A program made the position numbers and the translations under genes. Below are positions 1-13,097 of a stretch of DNA of 64,000 bases, in pieces; position 1 is the stretch's first letter, and each line of letters starts with the position of its first letter. The DNA comes from Vairimorpha necatrix (Eukaryota), in contig CP142731.1 of assembly GCA_036630325.1 (NCBI GenBank), positions 1,178,001 through 1,242,000 of the forward strand, given 5' to 3'. The notes beneath the pieces are model-generated. The model ran no database searches and was not told where the DNA came from. It saw only the letters and a program-made list of their open reading frames with translations.

Positions 1-1
1 A

Positions 2-2707
2 TCAAGAATAGTAGAAGCACATGTAGTAGCAAACTTACCAGAAGACCTTATTATTGGCCTCGCAGATGTTCTAAATCTGAACTTACTCAAAATTCTTGAT
101 AAGATGAGAAATGCGTTAATAACGAAATCAGTCTGCACAACAACTCCCGAAGTACTCGAAACTCAAACTGTAGACGTCGGAGAAGAAGACACGGCACAGG
201 AGGACAAAGAAAAATTTAATAAACTTATCTCAAAGTATCCAGCTGTTTTCTACAATAATGATTTAAAATCAAGCTTAGATATTGAACACGCCATAGAAAT
301 AACAAATGACTTTTCGGAAGTAAGAAATATTCAATACAGAAGATCTCCAGAACAAAACGAGATTATTGAAAGTAAGATTCAAGAGTTTTTGAGTAAAGGA
401 TTTATTGAGAACAGTGAATCAGACTATACTTCCCCGGTGGTTCTTGTCAAGAAACCTAATGGTGATATTAGATTTTGCATAGACTATAGAAGGTTGAATA
501 AAATCACAAAGAAGATGATCTATCCTATTCCACTTGTAGAAGAAACTATAGAAGAATTACAAGGAGCATCTATATTTACAGTATTGGACTTGGAATCTGG
601 GTACCATCAAATAAGAATTCGGGAAAAAGATAGATATCTTACAGCTTTTAGGAGTAGGACAGGAACGTTTCAATGGGTTAGGATGCCATTTGGACTCGTG
701 AATGCACCCTTTACATTCCAGAAGATAATGAATTCTATACTGTCTCCGTACCTACATAAATTTGTACAAGTATATCTAGACGACATTATGATATACTCTA
801 GATCGATTGAAGAGCACGTAAAGCACATTGAAGCAGTTTTTGAAATTTTAAACAAATTGAAATTGAAAGTTAATCACAAAAAATGTAAAATCGGAAAGAA
901 TACGGTAAATTTTTTGGGATATACGATAAATAAGAATGGAGTAAGTATACCACTTGAGCAACAGACGAAATGTCTTAATTTAAAAATCCCAGCCACTCTT
1001 AAAGAAACTAGAGCCTTTATTGGGTTCATAAACTATTTTAGAAAATTTATAAGGAATTATACAGATATAATGGCTCCTATCTATGACTGCTTGAAGAAAG
1101 GTAAATTTAAATTTTCTGAAGAAGCAAAACAAAGTGTAGGGAAAATAAAAGAAATTATTACGAGCTCTCCCGTTCTCAAGTTACCGGACTTCAATAAGAG
1201 ATTTATCTTATACACAGATGCATCCAACCTTTACATAGGAGCAACACTGATGCAAAGATACGAGGAGACTGAAATGCCCGTATATTTTATCTCAAGGAAA
1301 TTAAATACTGCTGAAATTAATTACACCGTAACCGAAAAGGAATGCTTGGCAATAATATGGAGCATATCCCAGTTCCGGATTTACCTAACAAATACTTTTA
1401 CAATTCGAACAGATCATCAAGCCCTCAAATGGCTGCTGAGTTATAAAGAGAGCACTGGTAGATTAATGAGATGGATTCTCACACTCGAAAACTACTCATA
1501 TGACATCGAATATATTAAAGGCAAAGAGAACATTATAGCGGACGGACTAACGAGATTTGTTCATGTAGTAAATTATGAAGATGAACTAGAATTATCGGCC
1601 GAGAGTCGTAAAGAAATGATTTTAAAATGTCACGAAGAGTGTGGACATGGCAGTATTTATCCAACATATGCTTTAGTTCTCGATAAAACAAAATGGAAAG
1701 GTATGTACGCAGATATTAAACAGGAACTCGAAAAATGTCAGGTGTGTCTAAAATTTAATTTAAAAAGAACACCAAAGCAACATCATAGAATTCGACTCAA
1801 GGACCCATTTTCACTGATAGGAATTGATATGGTAGGTCCTCTACCTAAGTCGGAAAATGGGAAAACATATTTAATAGTCGCCACGGATTATCTAACAAGA
1901 TGGTGCGAAGCAAAAGCCGTAAGAAATAAATCGGCTAAGACGGTAGCTAAATTTATTTTTGAAGAAATAGTATGTAGACATGGTCCGCCCAACGAATTAC
2001 TATCAGATAGAGGACTGGAATTTTTGAACAACACGGTCAAGGAATTATGTGGAATATTTAAAATAAAGAAATCTTTTACGTCAGCTTACCACCCACAATG
2101 CAATGGCACGGTAGAGAGAACCAACCAATCATTAGTAGCAAAACTGGCTAAAATGATAAATGGAAGGTGGAAAGACTGGGATGAATATTTGGAACTGGCT
2201 CTGTACGCATACAGAATTTCTCCAAGGAAGAAGACAGGATTTTCTCCTTTTGAATTATTATACGGACGGAAACCCTTATTATGGGAGCATCCCGAAAGAG
2301 AACTCTTATGTTTAGAAGATAATTTTTTAATATTTGAAAGATTGAAGCAAACCCGTGATACTATGTTACAAGCCGAAAGAGAGGCCAGAGAAAGGGAAAT
2401 AGTAGAGGGGAAAGAATTTGCACTTCAAGTAGGTGATGTGGTATTAAGAAGAAAACCACCTATAAGCATTAGAAATAAACTGGACAGCAAATTTGAAGGC
2501 CCATACACTATAACGAAAGTCGGGAGGAAAGGTGCATACGAGATAATAAATCCCAATAATGACGTGTTTAAGGTAAATGGGAAAGACTTAAAAAAAATGG
2601 ACTTTGAGCTGGAAACATGGGAGCCAATAAAGAAGGGGGGAGTGTCAAGGAACAGTTCTCCAGTGGTCCTAAGATTGCCCTGGAGACCAGAGAATACTAT
2701 TCTATAA
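2..2707 (+). CDS. pol: Gypsy Pol polyprotein, 5'-partial: end of protease, RT, RNase H, integrase
   Basis: Frame is open from nt 2 (SRIVEAHVVANLPEDLIIG, matching element B). Motifs: RFCIDYRRLN, LDLESGYHQ, MPFGLVNAP, YLDD, TDAS, TDHQAL; integrase HHCC, D(GIDMVGP)-D(SDRG)-E(NGTVER) and GPY. The stop lies inside the 3' LTR. Confidence 0.95.
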   Translation, partial: SRIVEAHVVANLPEDLIIGLADVLNLNLLKILDKMRNALITKSVCTTTPEVLETQTVDVGEEDTAQEDKEKFNKLISKYPAVFYNNDLKSSLDIEHAIEITNDFSEVRNIQYRRSPEQNEIIESKIQEFLSKGFIENSESDYTSPVVLVKKPNGDIRFCIDYRRLNKITKKMIYPIPLVEETIEELQGASIFTVLDLESGYHQIRIREKDRYLTAFRSRTGTFQWVRMPFGLVNAPFTFQKIMNSILSPYLHKFVQVYLDDIMIYSRSIEEHVKHIEAVFEILNKLKLKVNHKKCKIGKNTVNFLGYTINKNGVSIPLEQQTKCLNLKIPATLKETRAFIGFINYFRKFIRNYTDIMAPIYDCLKKGKFKFSEEAKQSVGKIKEIITSSPVLKLPDFNKRFILYTDASNLYIGATLMQRYEETEMPVYFISRKLNTAEINYTVTEKECLAIIWSISQFRIYLTNTFTIRTDHQALKWLLSYKESTGRLMRWILTLENYSYDIEYIKGKENIIADGLTRFVHVVNYEDELELSAESRKEMILKCHEECGHGSIYPTYALVLDKTKWKGMYADIKQELEKCQVCLKFNLKRTPKQHHRIRLKDPFSLIGIDMVGPLPKSENGKTYLIVATDYLTRWCEAKAVRNKSAKTVAKFIFEEIVCRHGPPNELLSDRGLEFLNNTVKELCGIFKIKKSFTSAYHPQCNGTVERTNQSLVAKLAKMINGRWKDWDEYLELALYAYRISPRKKTGFSPFELLYGRKPLLWEHPERELLCLEDNFLIFERLKQTRDTMLQAEREAREREIVEGKEFALQVGDVVLRRKPPISIRNKLDSKFEGPYTITKVGRKGAYEIINPNNDVFKVNGKDLKKMDFELETWEPIKKGGVSRNSSPVVLRLPWRPENTIL

Positions 2708-2869
2708 GTATTCTCTTCCTCTTCCCAATAATGTTTTTTGGAGGGAAAATATTGTATATTTTCCCTCCGACAAACATAAAAGAAATTCATGCCCAGAAGG
2801 GTATGAAGGATAATAAAAAATATGGTTTAAAACATTCTTCTCGGTCTGTTGGGAAACCAACAGACCACA
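2643..2869 (+). repeat. 3' LTR of Gypsy element A (227 bp)
   Basis: Begins TGTCAAGG right after the PPT, ends CCACA, and is colinear with 60139-60364. Confidence 0.9.
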
Positions 2870-4285
2870 ATCTGTGATAATACTTATCTTAATGTATGGT
2901 TTTTTGATCTTGTAAAAGCAATTCATTACATATTTCATACCAGACAATCTTTGATTTTTTATTTCGGTAGATACTACGGCATTGTTGTCAACAGATGCTT
3001 AGAGTTTTTGTATTATTAAAACAAAAAATATCATTAATAACAACATTTTATGGGGTTATATAAAATTTTTCATCTATAGAAAACCAAAAAATTAATTTGT
3101 CGATTTATATCTAAAACAAAAATTATTGTTCAATTTTTTAACTTTTTTTTCTATACTTTACATATTTCACTAAATGAATTTACGTGAATAGATTATGGAT
3201 GACATTATTATAAACAATTTTTTTTGAATATTTAAATGTTGTATATTTTTTCAAGTTAATATTTTATGAGGATAATTCATTTCTTATAAATTGGTGTAAC
3301 TAGATGTGTCAGTAGTATTAATTATTACTTTGTTTTTCGATCTTGTTACTTAGTGTATTTTACTTACATTTTATAAGTAAACATCATAAGTTTCATTAAA
3401 ATTGCAATAGATTATAATTAGGTATTACGCATTTTAAATTTATTAAACGTGATTTGACAAAAATTCACTAATACAGCTATTAATATGAAAAGATATAAAA
3501 CATTAAGAAATATTAAATTAGAATAAGGTTTGCTGCTCCAAAATAAATGAATATTCGTTTTTAATGGAATTTGCATAATTATTAAAAATTATTAGTACAA
3601 TTTTTGATATTTTTTCAATCATTAAATTGCATATTTTTATTTTTAGCAAATTTTTTTTAAAAATTATAGTCTTTTTGTAACATTAACTATTCGTATATTT
3701 TAAAAAAGGATGGAGCTTTTTTAATATGTAATAAAGTATTGTCGATTTTGTTTTATGCAATACAATTACTTTTTTACATAAATCTAGTATGTATAGATAT
3801 GATGAGAAATAACAAGCAAAGTTAGTTTAATTTTTTTATTTTGTAAATTAACTTATTGTATATAAATAATAAATGTAATCACATTTCGGAATCTCATTTT
3901 ATTTCAAATAGAAAATCATACAATATTCTTATCTTAGCAAATTCAGAATAATTTAATCTAAGAAATGTAAATGATCATGATATAAAAATAATAGAACTAT
4001 TGACATAATTTCTACTCATGAATTTATATGAAAAACATATACTTCTTATTAATAAATTCATTATTTTATAATAAAGATAGCTATACATTAATCTTTGTGC
4101 GATTTATGTATCCGTCAATACCTAAATTACATGCTTTATTGTAAATACCTAGCGAAACTGAGCTCGTCAGCCGTAGGAATTCTTTGAAATCAGTTTTGAT
4201 AAATAAATATTTTTTGTGCAGACAACTATGAAAATTTTTATTAAATTATATTTTTGAAAGTATCTGCTATAAATTTATAAATACA

Positions 4286-5773
4286 GCCTTAATTTAAATA
4301 AAAGGGCATCTATTAAAATTTTATGTCATTATTTGGACATTCATATGCCTCTCTTTGTGAGTAGAGATGATTAAAGTCTGCGTTTCTTGTCTTTTCTCAT
4401 CACTTTTATACTCTTTGATCTTCTATATTCTAAAGTGATTTTTTGAAGTTTTTTGAAGAACAAAAGATTGGATATACACCATAGCGAATGTTGATTGATC
4501 AAGCTTTCTTCGGTCCACTCCATGGTATTTGGCAACCACGCCAGACCATGTTAATATATAAGTGAAAACATTACATTCAAATCGCTACATCAGTAACTTT
4601 TCGTTAGTAAGAATATCATAATTTTTTAAGTTTTAAAATTTCACCTGTTTGAGATTATCAATTGAGGAGACCCGATTTTGATTATGAATATTTCTGTATT
4701 CTTTATGTCTAAAAATCGAAAATCTGGTCTATTGTATTTAATCTATAACTTTTATAATAAACGTGTTTACCCGTTTTGTTAGTATTTTTTTAATACTTCC
4801 TAAACAGATTGACTCTGGAGTTTCTTTGTCGGTTTCATATTGTATTCTTTGGGCAGTAACAGGCAAATGCACTTAAAGACTTCATTGTGTCTTCTAATGT
4901 AATCTGATCCTAATATTTTTTCGGATCTAGATGCCAGGCGTTCAACTGTTTTATGGGCTTCTCCACAATTTGGGCATTTCATTCCGTCTCCAAAGAACAT
5001 GTTTCTATCTTGCAAATAACAGATGGAAGCTTCCCGTATTGCTAATGGTTTTGTGTAAAAGCCATATTTCCGAGTCTATATAGAACGGCTTCGTCTTGAA
5101 CTTTTCATTACAACCTTTAATGTAAGGTTACTATTTTATCTTGTTGTACAGGCTTAGCTTTTGTGTTTTTTTTGAGCGTCTTCTTTAATATGTCCTCTTG
5201 TTTTAAATTATATTTGCACGTAAGGAAATATTTATAAACAAAATTTGTCACTTATCGTTTTTAGTACCTTCAAAATTGCTGCCTTTTTTCTGATTGTATT
5301 TTGCGTATTTTTAAAACTCTATATAAGGCTGTATAGCATTGCTTCGCTGCGGATTTTATTTTTTCCCATGAATCTTACCAGTTATTTCCTTGGCAGGTAT
5401 TAGCATTGTTTATTTGCTGTTGTAGGTGGGTTATGTTTTGTTTTAATTGCTGCCTGGTTGTGTCATCTGATTCGCTTAGAATTTCTGATTCAAAATTAAA
5501 TAACCCAATGTAGTAGTTTATAGTAAAAGTCCAAACTCTTTTATTCCTTTTTCGTGTTTTTCCGGATAGCTTTGTTCTTGCTAGCTTTACCACTCTGTTA
5601 TTTTATTCCTGGTTAATTCTTTCATTCGTTTCTTTCGTGGGTTTACTATAGCTATTTTAGTTATACCAAAGTACTTGTAAGCACTTGTTTTGTCTAATTT
5701 TACCATATTAGTAGTAATTAATAATCATTTGTTGCTGATTTCTTGAGATTGATCTCTAGGTTGACTGTCCGCT
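4286..5773 (-). mobile_element. Degenerate, 5'-truncated non-LTR retrotransposon of the restriction-like endonuclease type (R4/Dong-like)
   Basis: Minus-strand fragments: RT C-terminus (EINLKKS...YKYFGI), Zn-knuckle-like CPNCGE...YIRRHNEV, NRPD endonuclease motif, TYILTWSGVV; many stops and frameshifts. Candidate 13-bp TSD ATTTATAAATACA at 4273-4285 and 5774-5786. Confidence 0.8.
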
Positions 5774-6717
5774 ATTTATAAATACACAAAAAATTTACAA
5801 TGTTTTTTATACATATTGTGCTTACACGCTATAGCATTATCTTTTTAACTTTTCTAAACAGATTTAATCAACAATCATAACCAAATAATAAATATAACAA
5901 TGCAGATTTGAAGATTTCGACGAAAGAATTCTTAGATGCTTTGAAAAATAATTTTTTATATTATAATAATCTGAATTTTACAAATAAAAATCAAAATAAT
6001 ATTTTGTACTTTCCAATTAAACATTGTCGATATATGGATACTTATGTAATGTTTTACTTTTGAACAATTGTGGGAAGTATAGTAAATAAAGACACCAAAA
6101 CACACTAAAGCAGGCTAATATGCAGCAACATTGGAAAGAAATCAATCTACAATTCAAAAATCTAACAATTAAATATATCTTTCGTGAACAAAAGATATTT
6201 TAGAAAGAAAAAAAACTTGAGACATAGAATCCCTTATCAATAATTAAACAGGTCAAGTTTTAAACTGAATGATGTATTAATAAATTTGAACTATTTTTAA
6301 TTTTTTTCTTTTTTAAAAAATCAAAATTCTTTTTTTTGAAAATTTAATTTCTTAATATATTATGAAAATAAAAACAGATCATTAGATTTCTAAACATGCA
6401 AATTATAACAAGTTTGTTTTATAAGAGATAGTTTATTACATTACTATCTGAAGATTGGTGAATATAGAAATTGAATAATATGCAAAAAAATCGTAAAGCA
6501 ATTTATAATTGTTTGAATGATGCATCACATTAAAAACATATTAATTTATAAATAAAATTGTATTTATGCAAGTATAATGTCGTTATACAATGCATCATAA
6601 TAGAGTTATGTGAAAAATATAGTAACTCAGAAATTGTTCTCTAGAAAATAGCCACCCAACGTGTTGTAGCTTTATTTCGCTCAAAAAAGTTTTTAGAATT
6701 TTTGAAATCGCCCATAC

Positions 6718-7719
6718 ATGATTTTTATTTTAGTATTTTTACATTGTACAGAATTTAATCATCATGAAAACATAGAAATAGATGCTGAAAAACATGAATC
6801 TGATAATTTTATGATTAATAATTATGAACCCGATCTCCAAGAATTATACAAATATAATGTGTTCTACAGTGAAAAAAAAAATAAAAAAATTGAGTCTTCT
6901 GATTTTGACGATGTTGAATCAATAGTTTTAAAAAATGATGTATTTTTAAGTCAAAAGATTACGTTCGACTTTACAAAACATGAAATCCCTAGATATGGTA
7001 GCAATGAAATAATAAAAAATGTTGATTTAGAATTTGAAAAGTTAGAGGAACTTTTTAATTTTGAGATAAATACAAATCAGAATCAAGAGAATGATATTTT
7101 AACAAATGTTGACACAATAACTGAAAGATCAGATTTGCTAACAATATGCAAAAACAAAATAAAAAATTTTATTGATCAAAAAAAATTAGATGTAGACGGC
7201 AAATCTAAGCTTTACATTGAGAACAAGTTGACTAAAGAAAATGAAAAAATATTTATAGAATGTCACACAAAAATTGTTTCTTTTAGTAAAAATTACATCT
7301 ATAGAATAAATAATAGATATTTGCCTAAATTAAGTAAAGACATTATTGACTTAGAAGTATCTGAAAAAATTAAAAAAGTTCTTTTGGAGATCATAATTCT
7401 AGTTGAATCGTTTGTAACAGTATTTTACAAGAAAGAATCTATTAGAAATTACAGATTAATAACTATTAAAACAATGCTAAGGGTGCTTCGCTACAATATA
7501 GATATAATGTCTGTATTTGATCATATACCAATATTTAAAACTATTTATAAAATAGAAGTAGATATGATGCTAAAAGATTATAAAAATGACTCGACAAAAA
7601 TGAAAGTACAAGCTTTTTTTACTTCTATCACAAGAAATTTGAGTAGTTTATATAAAAAATCAACCGAAATTATTGAGCATTATGAAGAGTGCATCAAAAT
7701 AATTAATGCTTTATATTAA
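6718..7719 (+). CDS. Lineage-specific hypothetical protein, putatively secreted (family X, member 1)
   Basis: 333-aa ORF, CCC motif before the ATG, hydrophobic start MIFILVFLHC, paralogous to the loci at 12086 and 13669. Confidence 0.8.
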   Translation: MIFILVFLHCTEFNHHENIEIDAEKHESDNFMINNYEPDLQELYKYNVFYSEKKNKKIESSDFDDVESIVLKNDVFLSQKITFDFTKHEIPRYGSNEIIKNVDLEFEKLEELFNFEINTNQNQENDILTNVDTITERSDLLTICKNKIKNFIDQKKLDVDGKSKLYIENKLTKENEKIFIECHTKIVSFSKNYIYRINNRYLPKLSKDIIDLEVSEKIKKVLLEIIILVESFVTVFYKKESIRNYRLITIKTMLRVLRYNIDIMSVFDHIPIFKTIYKIEVDMMLKDYKNDSTKMKVQAFFTSITRNLSSLYKKSTEIIEHYEECIKIINALY

Positions 7720-10700
7720 TTCTTCAATAAAACATAGTTTGTTTATAATATAGATAGTCTTTAACAATTCATAAACAAGCTATTTATTCATTGTTTTTTT
7801 TTTTTGAAAAAATATAATAAACAATTTAAATTTATTTGAAAATATGTTGAATGATATTTGTAGATCTAAAACGATCTATGTTACTAGAACATCTTTCTAT
7901 TAGCAAACTTGATCATAAGTAAAAAAACATTGTAACTTAACGAACTAAGTTTTGTCGCTAAATATTTTTAGATGATATTAATATTATCTAAATTGATTTA
8001 TAACGAATTTACATCGCTATGCGTGCCCCCAGACAACCACTTATACACTCGTCTGTTTACACTGCCTTCCTGGGGGCGATTTATGTTGGAAATCTCCATT
8101 TAGTGCTTCTTATACTTTATGATAGTACAGCGATTTTTTCTAGATAAAATGCTGGTAAAAATAATTAACATAAACTTTTATCGTTAAAGTTTACGAAATA
8201 TTTAGTGTTAGTAATAATTATCGAATAATGCAAAATTACTGAAATTTCTAATTCTATAATTCATATTGTATGTTTAAAACCTCGCCACTATATATAATGA
8301 TTTCAACAGTAAATATTGTCCTTAAAAATTTCTTTATATATTTATGCTATAATTAAGTCTTATCCTCAAATTTCAATGTTCTTTCATCATAGTTTCAGCA
8401 TGTAGTAAAGTCTAAATAAACAAAGATATAATTTAACAAATTAAAACATAGTTTTCATCGAAATTAAGACACTTGTACTTGAACAGACAAAAATAACATA
8501 AAATACATAGATGTAATGATATATTTGATCTTAAATATTCTTTAAAAAGTCTTTTTTTATTATGTAAGCCTAAACAGAATATTTTCTATATTTTTATAAC
8601 AATCTCGGTGCCTATAAGCAAAGCGTCAAAAAACATTGGAACTTTTGTATATATAGCATAATCTGAACGTTTACAAAATTATTTTGATGTATAATTTGTT
8701 CTTTATTTGGTTATGTTATTTGCACCATACAAAAAAAAATTTAATCTTACTGTAAGGAGTTACACGAAAAACAACCTCAGAATTGAACAATAATCTCAAA
8801 AATTCGCTATATTTGCATCAAATGTCTCAGAACTATTGGAACACGTCGCTTCTTGAATACATGCTAAATAAAACAATTAATGGTATCAAACAATATTCTA
8901 GACAAAAAATAAGATTTTAGATGCAAGTATGGAGTTATACTTGCCCAGCATCTGCCAACAAGAAAATGGTTTTATTTTTCAGTCTCAGGATTAACTATGT
9001 TTTATAAGAATGCTCATTATTAATTAATAATTTAGAAACTAATTGGTCAGAATTCGACCTTAAAAATAAAACTTACATAAAAATAAACAAATAAAAAGCA
9101 AAATCTCCAAGAAATTTGCTTAAACCATAATCTATGTCTGCAACAAATGCACCTTTACATCGACCTAATTAAAAATGAATATCATATGATTAAAGAAACA
9201 GACTATTTATTTTGAACTTATAGATTTTTGAAATAAGACACAAAGTCTATTTAGGCGTTTAATAGTCTGATATTTATATTTACAAATATGTGATTCTTTA
9301 AAAAATTGGTTCGCCTTGTTACCAGGGCTTCAGATTTTAGTCTGTAAATTCTAAAATTTCGCATGTAAAGTATGCTATTTTTAATGTATTAGTTCAAATT
9401 TAATTCCAAAGATCTAATGAACAATATTACTTTTAAATTAAAGAGTCTTTTTCTGATCTTTATATTATTGTTTGAGCATTACTAATTTAAAAAGGTTAAA
9501 AATAAATTCAAAGAATCTGAACATACAGCATCATCATCAGATAAACTAATTTGAGCAATCCAAACATTAATAAGTATAGCGCATCTTAATAATTTATTTT
9601 AGGAAACACTGTTGTATTTCATAATATCCTCTATTTTTATTTATTTCTTTAAAAGTATTGCTAATATTCTTAATATATGAACATATTGCATTGTACTTTT
9701 TTTGTTAAAAAGAATTATAGTACGTTCTCAAATAATTTCACTTTAGTTGTATTTTTTGATAACTTGTTTAAATATTGATAATGCTTAGCTATTTCATTTT
9801 TGTTGTATATATTGCGAACACCATAAATTATCTGCTTATACTTTTGTCATTTTTAAAGAATTTTAGATACTTCTTCATTTGACAAGCGACTAATTATTTT
9901 AGCTATCGACATTTTTATACTAACCAATGTTATAAATTAAAGAAATGAATTGCCTTGTTATAAGCTTACTGTGCATTTCGTAAATTATTCTATGTGCTCC
10001 TTAGTTTAATGTAATATATCACTATTAATTTGATAGAGAAAATTGTTGCGTTCATTGGTCTTTTCTACTTGAGCCTATATGTTAAATTCTATATATGTTT
10101 CTTTTTTGAGATTCCACTATCTTTCATAGAAGTGAAATGATTGTGTTTTCAACTTTTTTTTTAAGGCTATATATTACATCGATGTTAAAATCTTTTGTAC
10201 CTCAAAGGTTACTATAGCTAAAAACTAAATGTTTTCGGTAATACTTACCCAAAGATTTTTTTGTTTTTGTGTTTAGTTTCATTGTCATGATTATTAGATA
10301 TATTATTTGAACATGTAAATAGAATAAAAAAATTAAAAACATAAGATAATATAATCGATTTATTTTCAATTGATTAAAAAAAAAGATTTTGTGAGAATGT
10401 TAATTGTTTTTATTAAGGTAATGTAAAATAGGACCCTACGACATTGAAATTATTAGTACTAGTGTAATTTTAGATTTTACGTATGTTATCACTCGCTTTG
10501 CTTGTAATTCTATGTCTAAAATTAGTAATTATATTTTATAATAAGGTATTTAAATTTTTTTTCATATGTAAAAATTCATACTTCCCAAACCTTTATGATG
10601 CTGGTTATGTAAGTCTTCGCTCACTGAGATTTTTTCCTTTCTATATGTGTTCTGTCTTCTTTAGTTTATAATTTTACGGCATATTACTATTATAATTCAC

Positions 10701-12085
10701 AAAATTACAATTTCAAACTCATAACTTAACTCTAGTTGAATCCTTTGGTTCTTCTATGAAAGATTCTAACTCTTTAGATCATATTAGATTAGGTGATCTT
10801 GGAAAGTTGTGCATAATTAATGCATCCAGTACTTAAGGCACTATTTATAAATATTATGTGTATAAACTACATTTTATTCTTTCAGTCGCGGCTTGTATCC
10901 ATGCTTATTCTGTGTGTATCGCATAAATTAAAAAATATCTAATTTGTGCATTAACAGTGCTGATATATCATATTTATACGAGTATTCCCTTGGTAAATAA
11001 AGTTTCTACTCTTACAAAAGACATAAAAGGTGACACTGTAAAGAAGCTAAAAAGGCGTGGTACTATAAAAAGTCCTTCTAAAATGTTATATGTGTATATT
11101 GGGCCTACTATATTCCCTCTTCAAATCGATGAGGTCATGTCGCTTTATTATTTAAAACATGATGACTTTCTAATATACTTATCAATACAAGCTTTTCACA
11201 GCTGAGCAGTTTTACTTGAATACTTATTATTAGTATGCCTTCTTATAATTTTAAACAAGTTTCAGATTTTAATTTACACATAAAAACTTATTATACGGCT
11301 GTGTGTTTATTATGTTTTGGAATTGTATCAGTAATCGTTGAATTTTTATTTAAATAGTAGTGTTTGTGTGTCTCCAATGGAATATCAATACTATCAGGCC
11401 TCACATTACTGTATTACATGTCCGATTAAATTTTTTTAAAGTTGTTAAATAACTGAATTTTTTATGGATCGTATAAAACAATCAAATATCATTCTTAAAA
11501 GAATATAGACAGTGGATAACCAGGCAATGTAAAAATCGTTTTAGTATTATTATTTGGTAAACCTTTTGGACACTAAAATAGCAAGTTGTCTTGGTCAGAT
11601 ATAATCTCTACATATATTCAAAATTACCTCAATTGCTTATAAACGCCAAATAACAGGTGTAAACGTTTTAATTTATTGTTTACGTATCACTTTTACACTA
11701 AAATTTGATTCATTTTATATAATTCTATTTATAAATGTACTTAAACTATTTTTTTTAATTAAAATTAGCACAAACTAAAAAAATACCATTCGATGCTACT
11801 ATTTTATTATCGCTTAATTGAAACACTATGTATCATTTCGAATGCACATATCTCACTTGAAGATCTTCATTAGTGCATTTCATACATTCACACAATAAAA
11901 TCCTTTTCTTAATTAAATAAATACTATGAAAAAGGAGAAAAATGTAATTTTTAACAAATCTGCTATGTTTTTTTATAATATTATTTTACAGTGATCTAAA
12001 ATCAAACACAATGGCATTCATAACTCGTGAACGCTGAAGCGTAATTCAACAAATAATATTATAAAATTTTTTAAAACCCTCTAAA

Positions 12086-13097
12086 ATGTTTTTTATTTTG
12101 GAATTTTTATGTTGTTCACAATTAAATTTCAGCGAATATACGAGAAATAATGAAAAAAAAAGAATATGATGAATTGATAACTGAAATTCCAGCAATTGAA
12201 CGCCTATATAAATCTTTAATTTGTGAAGATCAAATTAAAAAATATTCTATCAAAAATATTGAGCCTTCTAGCTTCAATGATAATTGTGATAGTTCAATTT
12301 TTTTAACAAATGATATTGATATATTCATGGGACATACAAAAAAAGTTGTGTTTAAGAACAAGGATCTAAATACATGTGATTTTGGCGACTGGGGAAAAAG
12401 TTTTAATCTAGATTCGTTAAAAAAAGAAAAAAATGATCATTTTGATATGATGATAGATCAATCACAAGAGATTAATATTTTAACTAATAAGAATAGCATG
12501 ATTGATAAGTGGAAATTATTAAGAATATGTAACAATAAATTAAAAACTTATATCGAACGAAGAAAATCAAAATTGAATACAGATTTTGAATACTTTAGCA
12601 AAAATACTTACGATAACGTCCAAGATAAGCTTATTAAGAATTATAATATGATACTTTTTTATTTTAGAGATGGGGTTTTTAATCGCTTGAATAAATTTGA
12701 ATTGACCAGATTAAGTAATTTGATAATGAGCATGGATGTATCTACAAATTTGAAAAGGATAATTATAGAGATTATACATATATTGAAATATTTTATGATA
12801 ATATACGATGAAAGAGAATCGAAAAGACATTTTAAAATTAGAAATGCTATAAACATAGTAAAAGTGATTCATTATAATATCGAAATAATGTATATATTTA
12901 ATTATATGCCTATCATTGAAACTTTAAATATAATTGAGGCGGATTTGATGCTAGAAGAATTCGTAAACGACACAATTAGAAACAAAGTAAGAAAAAATTT
13001 TGAATCTATCATTACTGATATACAAAAAATTTTATTTGCATCAAACAAAATTATAAAAATTTATATTAAAAATATTGAGATATTTAAGAAAAAATAA
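12086..13097 (+). CDS. Family X member 2, one frameshift in an A9 run (pseudogene or sequencing error)
   Basis: CCC motif then ATG at 12086 (MFFILEFLCCSQ). Removing one A from 12153-12161 joins it to the 315-aa ORF, which shares IFLTNDI, ICNNKLK, YNIEIMYIF and IEADLML blocks with member 1. Confidence 0.7.

Larger units (their letters stand above)
1..2869 (+). mobile_element. Ty3/Gypsy LTR retrotransposon A, 3' part (starts before the window)
   Basis: Pol with RT-RNaseH-integrase order, polypurine tract AAAGAAGGGGGGAG ending at 2642, then a TG...CA LTR homologous to the LTR at 60139. Confidence 0.95.

Noticed and set aside
9290-10342. Possible decayed minus-strand gene starting MFLIFLF
   Set aside because: Too many stops and no recognisable homology.
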